DNA of 64,000 nucleotides from Eubacteriales bacterium. GTDB taxonomy: Bacteria > Bacillota > Clostridia > Oscillospirales > UMGS1783. The DNA lies in the NCBI GenBank assembly GCA_045595395.1, contig JAZOAH010000028.1, positions 158,897 to 222,896 on the forward strand, written 5' to 3'. The notes below the pieces were generated by a model, which was not told the origin of the DNA, searched no databases, and saw only the letters and a list, made by a program, of their open reading frames with translations. Positions 32,932-43,600 of this stretch are shown piece by piece (the first letter of the stretch is position 1; every line of letters starts with the position of its first letter). The position numbers and the translations under genes were made by a program.

Positions 32932-34914
32932 TCAGTTGAGCGGCTTTTCCTTTTTGAATACGATAGCGGCACGGTTGGGCAGATAACAGAAAAAGCCCAA
33001 GCGTCCGTCGGCTGTTTTGGAGGCCCGATACCGATATTGCGGATCGACTCGGTTAAACCCGCCGAAGGCCTTCTCGTCGGTCGAAAGAATGACCCGATAT
33101 TCGCCCTCCTCCTCCACCGGCACAAAATAGTTTTCAAAGGAGGTATGCGGATGGAAATTGAAGGCAAAAACCGTTGTTTTCTTGCTGTAGAGCAGGACCT
33201 TGTCACCCTGGTGTATCCATTGGCTTCTGGCTTTTTTGGTGTAGAGCCGCTCTCGTTTGAGTAGGCTGAGCATGGCCATATCAAAATCACGCAGATAGCC
33301 ATAGCGCAGATCGCCGTTGTCGGCCAAACTCCACTGGCGGCGGCAATAGTGATAACTCCAGCCGTTGCCCTCACGGGGAAAGTCGATCCATTCGGGGTGG
33401 CCGAACTCATTCCCCATAAAGTTGAGGTAGCCCTCACCCACCACCGTCGCCGTCAGCAGGCGGATCATCTTGTGCAACGCCAGTCCTCGGTCGATGATCG
33501 GGCTGTGGCTGACCTTATCCATATGCCAGTACATCTCGGCATCGCACAGGCGGAACATGATGGTCTTGTCCCCCACCAGCGCCTGGTCATGCGACTCGGC
33601 ATAGCCGATGCTCTTTTCCTTGGGACGGCAGGAGGTCAACTCATACCAGAGTTTATACATGTCCCAATCCTCGTCCTTATACTCTTTGAGCAGCTTGATC
33701 CACAGATCGGGTATCCCCATCGACAGTCGATAGTCAAAACCGATACCGCCATCCTGCTGCGGCAGACAGATGCCCGGCATGCCCGACATATCCTCGGCCA
33801 CCGTGATGGCCTTGGGCGCAATCGTATGGATCAACTCATTGGCCAGCATGAGATAGGTCACGGCATCGGTGTCGGTGTTATCGGAAAAATACATATCATA
33901 ATTGACAAAGGCACACCCCAGCCCATGATCGTGATAGAGCATCGAGGTCACCCCGTCAAAGCGGAATCCGTCAAAGTGATAGATCTCCATCCAGTATTTG
34001 AGATTGGAGAGAAGAAAGTGCAGCACCTCATTCTTGCCGTAGTCAAATAGTTTGGTGTCCCATGCGGTATGATAGCCGCGCGGCCCTTCATGGAAAAACT
34101 GATGCTCGGTCCCGTCAAAGCCGTTGATTCCCTCGTTGGTGTTCTTGACGGCATGGGAGTGTACCACATCCAGCAACACGGTAATGCCCATGCGATGGGC
34201 GGTATTGATCAGCCTTTTCAGGTCACGGGACGGGCCATAACGGGAGGACACGGCATAGAAATTGGACACCTGATAGCCAAAAGAGCCGTAATAGGGATGC
34301 TCCATAATGGCCATGATCTGCAGAGTATTATAGCCCGCCTTTTTGATGCGGGGCAGGATATGCTCGGTAAACTCATTAAAGGAGCCGACCTTACCCTCCT
34401 CCTGCGCCATACCGATGTGGCATTCGTAGATATAGGGCGTGCCCGCCGGCTTAAAGCCCTCATCGGTCCAAGCAAAGCCATCAAACAGAGCATCGTCGAC
34501 CACGGCGCACCAGGCTTGGGTGATTGGGTCCTGCTCGACCCGTGTGGCATAGGTAGGAACACGGCGCAGCATCTGTCCTTGATGCCAGACGATCGCCTGA
34601 ATATGCTGGCCAACCGCCAACGTAGGCACACGCACCTCCCACACCCCGTTCTCCAGACGGGTCATAGGGCAGTCGTTGGTATCCCAGTTATTAAAGTCGC
34701 CGGTGAAAAACATGGCATCGGCGCCCGGCGCCCATTCACGGTAGACCCAGCCGTCACCGTCGGGGTGGATGCCGAAGTATTCATAGCCATTGGCAAAATC
34801 GACGAGGCTGCCCTCGCCTGCTAAGTCTTGACGTTTGGCCAGATAATCGGCCAAGCGCTGCTCTAACGCCGCCTTGTACGGTGTTAAATAGGGATCGATC
34901 TTCCATATTTTCAT
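32932..34914 (-). CDS. glgB: 1,4-alpha-glucan branching enzyme
   Basis: 660 aa, GH13 motifs (DVVHSH, GFRFDGVTSM, AEDMSG, ESHDQ). Confidence 0.9.
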   Translation of the reverse strand: MKIWKIDPYLTPYKAALEQRLADYLAKRQDLAGEGSLVDFANGYEYFGIHPDGDGWVYREWAPGADAMFFTGDFNNWDTNDCPMTRLENGVWEVRVPTLAVGQHIQAIVWHQGQMLRRVPTYATRVEQDPITQAWCAVVDDALFDGFAWTDEGFKPAGTPYIYECHIGMAQEEGKVGSFNEFTEHILPRIKKAGYNTLQIMAIMEHPYYGSFGYQVSNFYAVSSRYGPSRDLKRLINTAHRMGITVLLDVVHSHAVKNTNEGINGFDGTEHQFFHEGPRGYHTAWDTKLFDYGKNEVLHFLLSNLKYWMEIYHFDGFRFDGVTSMLYHDHGLGCAFVNYDMYFSDNTDTDAVTYLMLANELIHTIAPKAITVAEDMSGMPGICLPQQDGGIGFDYRLSMGIPDLWIKLLKEYKDEDWDMYKLWYELTSCRPKEKSIGYAESHDQALVGDKTIMFRLCDAEMYWHMDKVSHSPIIDRGLALHKMIRLLTATVVGEGYLNFMGNEFGHPEWIDFPREGNGWSYHYCRRQWSLADNGDLRYGYLRDFDMAMLSLLKRERLYTKKARSQWIHQGDKVLLYSKKTTVFAFNFHPHTSFENYFVPVEEEGEYRVILSTDEKAFGGFNRVDPQYRYRASKTADGRLGFFCYLPNRAAIVFKKEKPLN

Positions 34915-34926
34915 GCAGATCCTCCT

Positions 34927-35868
34927 TTATACGATACGGTTATGCGTTTCTCCTCGATAAAAATACTGAATGTTCTCGGCCATGGCCGCCACACACCGAG
35001 CCCGTGCCTCGCTCGAGCCCCAGGCCATATGCGGCGTCAGGCAGACATTGGGTCTGTCCTTGATCTCAAAAAAGGGATGATCTTCACCAAACGGCTCGAC
35101 CGAATAGACATCGCAGCCCAACGCAATGCGCCCCTCTTTGGCCGCCTGCGCCAGTGCCGCTTCATCGGTCACGGCGCCACGCGCCACATTGATGACCACC
35201 GCACCCGGCTTAAGGGAAGCAATGCGTTCTCGGCTGAGCATCCCACGTGTTTGGTCGTTGAGCGGACAGTGCAGGGACAGAATGTCCGATTCTCGACAAA
35301 TGGTATCCATATCGGCCGCTTCAAATTCGTTCTCGGGCGATCGGCGGCACATCAACACACGGCAACCCATCGCCTTGGCCATACCTGCCACTCGACGACC
35401 GATGCCTCCGCCGCCGACAACGCCCCAGGTCATGGATGACAACTCATGGAAGACGGGGTTCAGCCGATTGGCCACGCCCGACTCGGTATAGGCGCCGCTG
35501 CGGACATAATCGCTATATTCAGTCAGCCTGGTCGCTAAGTTCAGAGCCATAGTCAGCGTCAGCTGCGCCACGCTATCGGTCGAGTACCCCGGCACATTGC
35601 ACAGCGCCACGTCGTTTTGACGGCAATAGGCGGTATCAATGTTATCATACCCGGTCGCCGCTACACAAATGAGTCGAACGGCGGTACCCGACAAATTTTC
35701 AGGATTGAGTTTGATCTTGTTGAGTACGGCTACATCGGCGTCCAGCAACCGCTCGTGCACCTGGTCGGGCGGCGTGTTGCCGTACACCGTCACATCTCCC
35801 ACCGTTGTCAGCGGTGTCAAGTCGATGTCAGCACCCAAGGTATCCTTATCCAAAATTACGATCTTCAT
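34927..35868 (-). CDS. D-2-hydroxyacid dehydrogenase (glycerate dehydrogenase-like)
   Basis: 313 aa with NAD site GVVGGGGIGRRVA and the family catalytic R/E/H region (NVARG...TPHMAW). Confidence 0.8.
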   Translation of the reverse strand: MKIVILDKDTLGADIDLTPLTTVGDVTVYGNTPPDQVHERLLDADVAVLNKIKLNPENLSGTAVRLICVAATGYDNIDTAYCRQNDVALCNVPGYSTDSVAQLTLTMALNLATRLTEYSDYVRSGAYTESGVANRLNPVFHELSSMTWGVVGGGGIGRRVAGMAKAMGCRVLMCRRSPENEFEAADMDTICRESDILSLHCPLNDQTRGMLSRERIASLKPGAVVINVARGAVTDEAALAQAAKEGRIALGCDVYSVEPFGEDHPFFEIKDRPNVCLTPHMAWGSSEARARCVAAMAENIQYFYRGETHNRIV

Positions 35869-35878
35869 GGTTTCTCCT

Positions 35879-36634
35879 TTATCCTAAGAGCACATCACTG
35901 ATCAGCATCACACAAAAGCCGACCAACAACGCATAGGTCGCACCCCGCTGATGACCGTGGGCGTGGGTCTCGGGGATCATCTCATCAGAAACGACATAGA
36001 GCATCGTCCCCCCGGCAAAGGCCAGCGCAAAGGGCAGAATGACCGAAGCCACACTCACCGCAAAATAGCCGATGAGTGTTCCCACGACCTCAATGACACC
36101 GGTTAACAGGGCAATGACAAAGGTTCGGCTCGGTTTGACCCCCGCCGCCAGCATCGGCCCGATGATGACCATGCCCTCCGGAATATTTTGCAGAGCAATA
36201 CCCCCGGCGATCAACAGGGCTTGATTGGTATTGCCCGAACCAAATCCAACACCGGCGGCAATACCTTCGGGCAGATTATGAATGGCAATGGCCAGCACAA
36301 AAAGAAGTACCTTGCTCAGGTTGGCATTGTTGTGATGCTCCTCCTCGACGCCAATCAATTTATGCAGATGCGGCACAAGCTTATCAACTACATTCAGGCA
36401 CAAAGCTCCTGCGAAGATACCGATCACCGTGATCAACAACCCATATCTACCGCCATATTCCAATGACGGCAAAATGAGTCCCAAAACAGCCGCCGCCAGC
36501 ATGACCCCCGCAGCAAAGGAAAGCATAATATCAGAAAATTTATGGGATATTTTCTTAAAAAGAAAGCCAATGACTGCACCGATCACCGTCGCTCCGCCGA
36601 CGCCGGCCGCTGTCAATAATACCATTTCCATCAC
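35879..36634 (-). CDS. ZIP family metal (zinc) transporter
   Basis: 251 aa polytopic protein with HNLPEGIA and QNIPEGM motifs like ZupT. Confidence 0.8.
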   Translation of the reverse strand: MMEMVLLTAAGVGGATVIGAVIGFLFKKISHKFSDIMLSFAAGVMLAAAVLGLILPSLEYGGRYGLLITVIGIFAGALCLNVVDKLVPHLHKLIGVEEEHHNNANLSKVLLFVLAIAIHNLPEGIAAGVGFGSGNTNQALLIAGGIALQNIPEGMVIIGPMLAAGVKPSRTFVIALLTGVIEVVGTLIGYFAVSVASVILPFALAFAGGTMLYVVSDEMIPETHAHGHQRGATYALLVGFCVMLISDVLLG

Positions 36635-36655
36635 GCAGTTCTCCCTATATACCTA

Positions 36656-38089
36656 TCAACACTGACGCATCAAGCGAATGTAGAATTCAACCGAACGATG
36701 CAGCGTTTCCAGACGGATACGCTCATTATGGCCGTGAATGGTGGCCCGCTCCTGGCTTGTCAGATCCATAGCCGAGAAGCGGTAGACCTTATCGGAAATG
36801 CGGCCGTAATGCCGAGAATCGGAGCACTGCACCATCAGATAGGGCGACACCAAGCAGCCCTTCCAGGTGGAAGCAACGGCACGGGAGACCCGCTCCCAAC
36901 CCTCGCAGTCGGTAGTCGAGATACGGCTGGGGTTGACCCCGTCAATGGCTGTGATCTCAACCTGTTCATCTCCGACCGCACGACGCAGATGGTCCAGCGC
37001 CGAATCAACAGTATCATAGGGATTGAGGCGCATATTGGACACCAACTCGGCCGTGGGCGGAATGACATTGGATGCCTGTGAGCCACGCATTTGGGTAAAG
37101 GCCACGGTAGTTCGCACCAGTGCGTTGATCTCGCCGCCGCTGCTTTTGCAGATGCTGTCCAGTACCGGCGCAAACAGCCACAGATTAGCAAAGATCAGTC
37201 GATAGACAAAGGTCGAATGACGGCCCAGGGTATCAAACAAAGCCGCAACCGGCGGTGTTAGATGGAAAGGAAACGGCTTTTTCAGCACACGGCAGCAGGC
37301 CTTGGCCAATCGGTCAATGGGTGCGCCCGGCTTGGGCGCCGAGGCATGGCCGCCCGAGGATGTGACACGGTAACGGGCGGCGATCATCCCCTTTTCGGCA
37401 ATGCCGATCATGCCACAGGGCAATGTGACGCCGGGAAATACATTTTCGACCACAGCGCCGCCCTCATCCAAGACCAGCGCAGGAGTAATGCCCTTATTCT
37501 CAAACCAATCGACGATGTGCACCGCACCCTCGCCGTTGATCTCTTCCACGCCCGAAAAGGCAAAATAGATATCCTGCTCAGGGGTAAAGCCTTGAGCGAT
37601 CAAGTGGTCGGCGGCGGTGAGGATGGCATTCATCGTCACCTTGGTGTCCAGCGTTCCTCGGCCCCACAATACACCGTCTTCGATCAGCCCATCAAAGGCC
37701 GGCTTTTCCCACCCGGACTCCTCGACCGGCACCACATCATAATGGGACATCAGCACGGCGGGATCACCCTCGCCCTTGCCGGCCCAGCGGAAAAGAAGGG
37801 CACGGTCGGGCAGCTCGGTATACTCGCAACAGGCGAACACATGCGGATAGAGGGTGGGCAGCATATGGACCAGCTTGTCGAACTCGGCATCATCCTCCAA
37901 GGATGGATCAGTATAAGAAACGGTCTTGCAACGAATGAGCGCTTGCAGATTATGGACCGCCTTGTCCTTATCAAACGCTTCCTCGACCGCTTGCGGCATC
38001 ACCGATGCCTTGGGGGTAAAACAAAAGGTGCGTATCAGCAACACGGCAAGCAACAGTGCCAACGCCGCTATCGGGATCAGCCACCACAT
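36656..38089 (-). CDS. M20/M25/M40 family metallo-hydrolase with N-terminal membrane anchor
   Basis: 477 aa from MWWLIPIAALALLLAVLLI (ATG 38089 behind AAGGATGG). Carries SHYDVVP and a GTLDTK-type M20 block (WGRGTLDTKV), plus a dimerisation domain. Confidence 0.7.
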   Translation of the reverse strand: MWWLIPIAALALLLAVLLIRTFCFTPKASVMPQAVEEAFDKDKAVHNLQALIRCKTVSYTDPSLEDDAEFDKLVHMLPTLYPHVFACCEYTELPDRALLFRWAGKGEGDPAVLMSHYDVVPVEESGWEKPAFDGLIEDGVLWGRGTLDTKVTMNAILTAADHLIAQGFTPEQDIYFAFSGVEEINGEGAVHIVDWFENKGITPALVLDEGGAVVENVFPGVTLPCGMIGIAEKGMIAARYRVTSSGGHASAPKPGAPIDRLAKACCRVLKKPFPFHLTPPVAALFDTLGRHSTFVYRLIFANLWLFAPVLDSICKSSGGEINALVRTTVAFTQMRGSQASNVIPPTAELVSNMRLNPYDTVDSALDHLRRAVGDEQVEITAIDGVNPSRISTTDCEGWERVSRAVASTWKGCLVSPYLMVQCSDSRHYGRISDKVYRFSAMDLTSQERATIHGHNERIRLETLHRSVEFYIRLMRQC

Positions 38090-38090
38090 C

Positions 38091-38756
38091 TTACAGCCAT
38101 CCTTTCTTATACATAAACCGTGCCACCGCAATGGTAAAGACCACGCCGACCGGCACCATGATGCCGACCGTACCCTGGTTGAGAGCTGGTACAAAGATAA
38201 AGAGTATGAGCATGAGAATGATCGGTGCAATGGCCAATTTCACATTTTTGGATACAAATACAACAGCCAGGCCGCCAAACAGTGCCGGCAGGATCATGTT
38301 GAAAGCCGGCTCCAGCACCGGCGACTCCAGGATCGGAGTCAGCGGGCCCAGTGCGATCACGCCGATGATAATGATCAGGGTGGTCACGATGCTGGACACC
38401 GAAATGGCAATGGTAGAAATGACTTCGCCCTCCTCGCTGGTGGCCTTGACCTTGGCTCGTTCCATGGCATCGGTGGCGCAGGGCAGTTTCAGATTGGAAA
38501 TATTGCCGGTGATAAAGGACAAATAGGTGCCGCCGGCGCCCAGCATGGGCACATAGGTAAAGATCTCAACGATACCGACCGCCCAGTACATCGGTGCAGT
38601 AGCCAGCAGTCCCTTACCCAGCACAGCCAAGTCGGGCACAGCGTTAAAGATGATCGATACGGCAACAGGGAAAGCCATGATGAGCAGACCGACCACGATG
38701 CCCCAGTTGCGTCCGTCGCGGTGGACGCTGTCCATATAGGAAAGTTGTTTTTTCAT
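38091..38756 (-). CDS. uncharacterised polytopic membrane protein
   Basis: 221 aa, about 6 hydrophobic helices. Lies between another membrane protein gene and the M20 gene with 1-13 nt gaps. Confidence 0.6.
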   Translation of the reverse strand: MKKQLSYMDSVHRDGRNWGIVVGLLIMAFPVAVSIIFNAVPDLAVLGKGLLATAPMYWAVGIVEIFTYVPMLGAGGTYLSFITGNISNLKLPCATDAMERAKVKATSEEGEVISTIAISVSSIVTTLIIIIGVIALGPLTPILESPVLEPAFNMILPALFGGLAVVFVSKNVKLAIAPIILMLILFIFVPALNQGTVGIMVPVGVVFTIAVARFMYKKGWL

Positions 38757-38769
38757 ATCCTTTTCCTCC

Positions 38770-39504
38770 TTAACCCAGCCAGCCGGTGATGGGAATGGCC
38801 GAGGCCATGCCGGCCACCAAACTCAGAGGCAGGGCGTAGTCTTCCATCCAGCGGGCTTTGAGTTTTTTGGCCGAGAGGCCGAAGACGGCCATAACCACAG
38901 CCGACACCGCCATGACAGCGACCGGGATCAAGCCCGAGGTGTCGCCGTTCACAATCTTGCCCACATCACAGAAGACATAGCCGAGGAAGGCCGAGATCAT
39001 ACCCAAAAACATGGCCGTATTGAGGATCTCGCCCCATTTTTTATCCTTCATGCCGATCTTATTCATGCCGCCCTGGATCTTCTTGGTGACAAAGGGTACC
39101 AGCACCAGGCCGGCTGCTATACTCAGCGTCATGACCCAAAGCACCGACACGTAAAGCGACGGGTCGGTGATAGTCGCACCGGACGACACGCCGGCGGCGT
39201 TGAGGGTATTATTTGACGCAATGGTCTCATAGGACATCGAGCCGATGACCGAAAGGCGCAGCCAGGGCAAGGCAATGCCCAGCGACTTGGACAGCGCCAC
39301 GACCGATACCAGAATGGCCACCGCCGGCGCCACGGTAAAGACCGCCGATGAGGTAATGGTCGATTGGACCGTTTGCTTACTGATGCCCAGTTCTTTGGCT
39401 CGGCGTACCGCCTTGACTAAAAAATACACCGATTGCGCCAGAACAACGGCAATGATGATCCCAACCAGTACAAACAGGATGGGGTGATTGACATAAAACT
39501 CCAA
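38770..39504 (-). CDS. uncharacterised polytopic membrane protein
   Basis: Hydrophobic throughout. Start chosen at TTG 39504, 6 nt after the AAGGAGGG SD. ATG 39528, eight codons upstream, has no SD. The ORF-track start 39678 is an extension. Confidence 0.55.
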   Translation of the reverse strand: MEFYVNHPILFVLVGIIIAVVLAQSVYFLVKAVRRAKELGISKQTVQSTITSSAVFTVAPAVAILVSVVALSKSLGIALPWLRLSVIGSMSYETIASNNTLNAAGVSSGATITDPSLYVSVLWVMTLSIAAGLVLVPFVTKKIQGGMNKIGMKDKKWGEILNTAMFLGMISAFLGYVFCDVGKIVNGDTSGLIPVAVMAVSAVVMAVFGLSAKKLKARWMEDYALPLSLVAGMASAIPITGWLG

Positions 39505-39652
39505 AAGAGATCCCTCCTTTTTTATCATACTTATACCATACCATATTTTTGCAAGATTCGCAACCCAAAAGAACGACCGCCTCAGTATCTTTTCCCGGCA
39601 AGAAAAAAGCCCTGCACCGACAGGTACAGAGCTTTTTGTTTGATTGTGATTA

Positions 39653-40108
39653 TTATTCCATGTTGGCGCAAAGCACAATGGAGACGATGAGCAGAGCTAC
39701 CGAACCGGTTAAACGGCAAATGGCATTAAACAGAGCCTCTTTGCCCGATTTCTTCAGCAGAACCTGAATGAAATGGATGACGCCGAGGGCCAGTGCGCCC
39801 AAAACCAGCAGCAGCGACAAAACAGCGCATGCAGGATTATTTTCAATATAGCCATAAACGTTGATGCTGGAAGAATACTTGCTGTAGGATACATATCCGT
39901 CAATAGCAGCAGAAGCCACTGCACAAGCGCCGAACATGGCGGAAAGGATGGTCAGCAGGTTGCCCAAGAAGGTCATCAGAATATTGGGTTTGTTGTCCGT
40001 TTCAGGCGTTGCCGGTGCGGGATCGACAGCATTGAGCTTGGTGCCGCAGCCATTGCAGAAATTGTTGGCGTCATCGTACTGCATGCCGCAGGAAGGACAG
40101 ATTTTCAT
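39653..40108 (-). CDS. zinc-ribbon domain membrane protein
   Basis: 151 aa from MKICPSCGMQYDDANNFCNGCGTKL (CxxC...CxxC), followed by 3 TM helices. ATG 40108 follows a GGAGG SD. Confidence 0.6.
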   Translation of the reverse strand: MKICPSCGMQYDDANNFCNGCGTKLNAVDPAPATPETDNKPNILMTFLGNLLTILSAMFGACAVASAAIDGYVSYSKYSSSINVYGYIENNPACAVLSLLLVLGALALGVIHFIQVLLKKSGKEALFNAICRLTGSVALLIVSIVLCANME

Positions 40109-40420
40109 AGGTGATTCCTCCAATATAATATATTGTTGCACTATTGTCATTGTACTAAAATCCTCAACACATGTCAATAAAAATGGTACCATGCAACATC
40201 ATATTTCTCTCGCCAAAAGGCGAATTTCATTAAAAAAACCGATAAGTTAAAACTTGTCGATTTTTGAAAGAGTAACACAAATTCGATGCCATTTTATTTT
40301 TTGACCTATATGTTCGAACTCCTACATATTCTTATAATTCGTCTGCAAAGCAGACACTTAAATTATTCATTATTCATCAGCGTAAGCGACTTCATTATTC
40401 ATTACGGAAATCCTGTCGAA

Positions 40421-40455
40421 TGAATGATGAATAATGAAAAATGAATAGTGAATAA
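40421..40455. repeat. five tandem heptads TGAAWRR
   Basis: tgaatga tgaataa tgaaaaa tgaatag tgaataa. Inverted copies ttcatta ttcatta lie at 40391..40404 and ttattca ttattca at 40363..40376. Confidence 0.6.
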
Positions 40456-40461
40456 TACAAA

Positions 40462-40497
40462 ACAAAATCCCATCGACAAAAGTCGACAGGATTTCCG
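40462..40497 (-). terminator. rho-independent terminator after tRNA-Arg(CCG)
   Basis: Minus strand AAATCCTGTCGAC-TTTT-GTCGATGGGATTT followed by TGTTTTG. Confidence 0.6.
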
Positions 40498-40500
40498 TTT

Positions 40501-40577
40501 TGGTACGCCCGACTGGATTCGAACCAGCGACCTTCAGAGTCGGAGTCTGACGCTCTATCCAACTGAGCTCCGGGCGC
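40501..40577 (-). tRNA. tRNA-Arg (anticodon CCG)
   Basis: Minus strand folds as a cloverleaf: GCGCCCG acceptor, GCTCAGTTGGATAGAGC D-arm, anticodon loop CT-CCG-AC, GGTTCGAATCC T-arm, encoded CCA. Confidence 0.9.
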
Positions 40578-40615
40578 ATACCCTGCCCCGCCGAGGCGGG
40601 GCAGAGTTTTAATTG

Positions 40616-43600
40616 TTAATTGACCTCAATGACCAGATTGTAGTCCTTGTTGACCGATTCAATGACATAGGTATAGGTCTTGGTTTGAGATCCACTCTGT
40701 TTGGTCGGGGTCAGGATTTCGTTGTCGTTCCAAACACCGCCCAGCGTATAGCCGGGTGAAACCATGATCGAGAAGGCAAAGCTCTCACCTTCCTTGATCG
40801 TAACGGTCGTATTGGCGCTGGGGGAGGTAAAATAACCCTGGCCTCGGTCAGGCATCGTTATGGTAAAGCTCTTTTGCTCATAGATAACATTGGGGTTGTA
40901 TAACTTCGGCTCGGCCGAGCGGGAATGTGATGTGCACAGATAGTTGTTCGTGCCGCTGCCGGTGGAATAGCCGGCATAGGTGTTGGGTTTCTGAACGTTG
41001 GCCCAGACAACACCAGACAGAGCTAGCGGCGTACCGTCCGGAATCGGCCGATAGACATACTGTGCATCGGTGGTCGGAAAATTAACGGCTTTCTCACGCA
41101 CCACATGGATCATCGACGCCAGGTGGGCCGAATCACAACCGTCGTGTGCGATCTGTCCCGACTTATCACAGATGTATACGGGGACATGGCAGGTGCAGGA
41201 TTCTTGGGGAATGGACTTCTGTGTATACCATGCCGTCATGGTACGGTCACCTCGTACATCGATCAGGCAGTTGGCGTCGGCCAACATGCCGCAATCGGCG
41301 CACACCGTTTGCTGCACCAGCGAGGAAGGACGAGCCGCCAAAGAGCCGCCGGACCAACCGACCTTGTTGATGACATGCTGCATGATCTTTTTCCAGGTGG
41401 TCTGGGAAATGTTCCAGGCCACGCCGTTAGTCAACAGGCTTTGCTGTTCATCATACCCGACCCAAAGTGCCGCTGCAAAATAAGGCGTATAGCCGGCATA
41501 CCACTTATCGTAGTTAAAATTCGAGGTACCGGTCTTACCGGCCAAGGGCACACTCAAGCTACCGCCGTTGGCCAGACCGTTTTTCACACCGTCAACCAAC
41601 AGATCCTGCATCAGCCATGCACTCTCGCGCGAGCAGACCCGCTCGCCCTCTTCTTTATTTTCCAGAACGATCTGACCCGACTGGGTCTCGACCTTGGTAT
41701 AGGAGATGGGCTCATAGTAGACACCGCCCGAAGCGATAGCGCTGTAGCCGCCGACCATTTCCTTCAGGTATACACCATAGGTCATGGCGCCCATCGACAG
41801 CGCAGCCAGATTTTCGTCGCCGTTGGTACCCGGGATCAGCGTCATATTCAACTTATCGGCAAGGAAATTATACGAATTAGCATGCCCCAATTTGTTGAGC
41901 ACCTGAGCCGCCGTAGCATTGAGCGACTGACGGATGGCGGTGAACATGGTCGTCATGCCGTAATAATACTTGTTGGAGTTTTGAGGATAACCGCCGCCGT
42001 TCATAATTGATACCGGCGCATCGTCCACGACGCTACCCTGGGTGATAACACCGGCCTCCAGTGCAGGCAGGTAGACCGAAAGCGGCTTGATCGTGGAGCC
42101 GGGCTGGCGTCTGGTTGCCGTCGCACGGTTAAGGTCGCGACTATTCTTATCGCCACGGCCGCCGATGACACCGATAATATGACCGTTGGTGTAATCCATT
42201 AGCAGGGTTGCAACCTGATAATCGGCATCCGGATCCGAGTCTTTGGGGAAATAGGATGGGGTGGCAAAGGCCTCTTCCAAGGCATTCTGCACAGCCATGT
42301 TGGCCGTTGTATAGATGCGCAAGCCGCCGCTGAAGAGGTAATTGGAGGCGGCCAACTCCGAATATCCCTTTTTCTCTTGGAGGTCACGGAGAACATCATC
42401 AATCACCATATCCACAAACCAGGAATAGGCGTTGGACAATGCCATCGTTTTGCCGTCGGGATTAAAGACCAGTTCCTGAGCGACTGCCTCATCATATTCA
42501 TCCTGCGTCAAATAGCCCAGATCCCGCATTTTGCCCAAGATCAGATTTTTACGGTAGGCATTCTCATCCGGATGGTCATAAGGCTCATACACGGCCGGCT
42601 TATTGATAATGCCGAACAGCGCCGCACTTTCAGCCACCGTCAGTTCCGACACTGTCTTGTTGAAATACAGTTCGGTAGCCTTGCCCAGACCGTAAGCACG
42701 ATAATTGAAATAAACGGTATTGATATAATACTCTAAGATGTCGTTTTTCTGATATTTGCGCTCGATATACAGCGCACGCAGGATCTCCTGTGCTTTACGC
42801 TGCCAGGTGCGATCGTTATCCTTAGTCAGGTTTTTGATCAGCTGCTGGGTAATGGTAGAGCCGCCGTAATCGTCGTCACCCAAAACCCAACCGATCACGG
42901 CACCGCCGAAGCGTTTCCAGTCGACACCATTATGCTGCCAAAACCGCTCATCTTCGATCGAAATCAGCGCTTTGACGGCATGCTCCGGAACATCTTCGAG
43001 GTTGACCCAGCTTCGATTTTCATTGACAAAGAGCTCCTGCATCTTCTCCTGCTCGCCCGTTTCGGGATTCTGAGCATACAGGGTGGTTGTGTATTCCAAC
43101 GTACGATTAGCAAACAGTTCGTCCATGGCCGGATCGGTATACCCATTAACCAGTGCCACAAAGGTGATGATGCCGACGGCGAGGCAGCCGCCGATAAAGG
43201 AGCCGACATAACCGGCGATCTTTAACAGTTTTCCGTTGGACAGAAAACGATTTTTCTTCTCAGGAGACGGCTTGCTTTGCCGCTTGAGGGCTGCCGCATC
43301 AACCTTGACCGTATCACCCATAGGCGGTTGCTCGGCCTTGGGCGCCTCGGGGACGGTGAAGGGCGCCGTATGATCCACGATAGGAATATTGTTAAAATCC
43401 TGCATCGGCTCGGCCTTGACAGTCTCCGGAAGATCCGGCTCGTAAATCACGGAAGGATCGATCTCCTGCGCCTGCTTGGGCTGGTCAAAGGGCAGATCCA
43501 TGCCGCCGGAGAGGGCTGTCATGGCATTGAAAGCCACCTCGGCATTATGCGCATCTTCCTGCTCCAGCTTCTGCAGCTGCTTGAGTTCCTCTTCGTTAAG

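Noticed and set aside
40370-40579. 69-aa minus-strand ORF
   Set aside because: It starts inside tRNA-Arg(CCG). Its odd peptide (IIHYSFFIIHHSF) merely translates the heptad repeats. It has no SD.
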